Shown here in pieces: positions 63,216 to 64,000 of a stretch of 64,000 bases of DNA (position 1 is the first letter of the stretch; each line of letters starts with the position of its first letter). Location of the stretch: contig NW_015177078.1 of NCBI RefSeq assembly GCF_001447785.1, positions 163,942 to 227,941 on the forward strand, in the 5' to 3' direction. Position numbers and translations under genes: made by a program. This DNA comes from Gekko japonicus. Lineage: Eukaryota. The notes under the pieces were generated by a model. That model did no database searches and was not told where the DNA came from. It worked only from the letters and a program-made list of their open reading frames with translations.

Positions 63216-63704
63216 CAGGGCTATTTTTGGGCAGGAATTCACAGGAATGGCATTCCGGCTGGCTTCAGAGTTAGCCACACCCACTACAGCCAAACCTCTG
63301 CATGCGTGGCTACAGAGGGAAGGCCTGGAGAGCGACCCCCCCCCCGGCAACTCTGAGGTGGGCCGCGCCTTCCCCAGTGTGTCCAAGGGCCAGCTTGCCC
63401 AAACTCCCCGCAGCTGCGGTGCACCCAGGAAAGCTAAGGGAAGGCAATTTAGCCTTCCCTTCCCTCCAAGGGCCAGCTTGCCCGGGCTCCCTGCAACTAT
63501 GGGGTGCCCAGGGAAGGCAGTTTAAACTGCCTCCCCTCCCCTCCAAGGGCCGGCTTGCCTGGGCGCCTCACAGCCACAGGGTACCTAGGCAAGCCAAGGG
63601 AAGGCATGGGGTGTGGCCTAATATGCTAATGAGTCTCTGCTGTTGGGTGTGGCCTAATATGCTAATGAGTTCCTTCTGGGCTTTTTATACAAAAAAAAGC
63701 CCTG
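63216..63704. mobile_element. hAT MITE (CAGGGCT...AGCCCTG family), inverted, with GC-rich internal repeats
   Basis: Same termini as the 3599 and 6811 copies in opposite orientation; tccaagggcc.gcttgcc repeated three times. Confidence 0.85.
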
Positions 63705-64000
63705 GGGATGATACCGTATGCATTCACATATATGATGTGGAAAGGCTGTGCGTGCTTACATAGAAGGAGGTCCTACTGAATGTGTTGGATGCACATAGGA
63801 TGTGATGCAAAAGTTAAAAACACCCCCATGCTATTTTTACATGGCTCCACATTAGAACTATTGCATTTTCCAAGACAGCCCCACATCTAAAATCAAATGT
63901 ATAACTGATTTTCTACAATGCTGCAAACCAGGACTTTACCACAACTAGGACCTTGTGGTTTTCTTATCAGTAAGTCCAATTAGCAACCCAACAACAGGTT

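Overview
Vertebrate (not microbial) genomic DNA, most likely a squamate reptile and probably a gecko, judged from Sauria/Squam-type SINEs and the hAT MITE families. It comes from a gapped assembly with six N-runs. The only supportable protein-coding gene is YWHAZ (14-3-3 zeta) on the minus strand. It has a CpG-island promoter and non-coding exon 1 near 56.4-56.6 kb, five coding exons (294+124+164+96+60 nt = 245 aa plus stop; the last two stop bases fall in a gap) and a ~2.1 kb 3'UTR with two AATAAA signals. The rest is dense with transposable elements: hAT MITEs with 8-bp TSDs, Sauria and Squam3-type SINEs, a 5S-rRNA-derived SINE family, CR1/L2/L1 fragments, a DIRS-like element, Penelope-like ends and a Harbinger-like MITE. 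The most interesting observations are (1) a Helitron-like composite element in three copies that share the same nested SINE/MITE cargo, (2) hAT MITEs carrying arrayed octamer(POU)+KLF(+ETS/CCAAT) motif modules, (3) an apparently complete ORF1-only 'half-L1' element, and (4) an RFX-CRE-CCAAT composite at the YWHAZ promoter. Repeat family names and human comparisons are from recall, not database searches.
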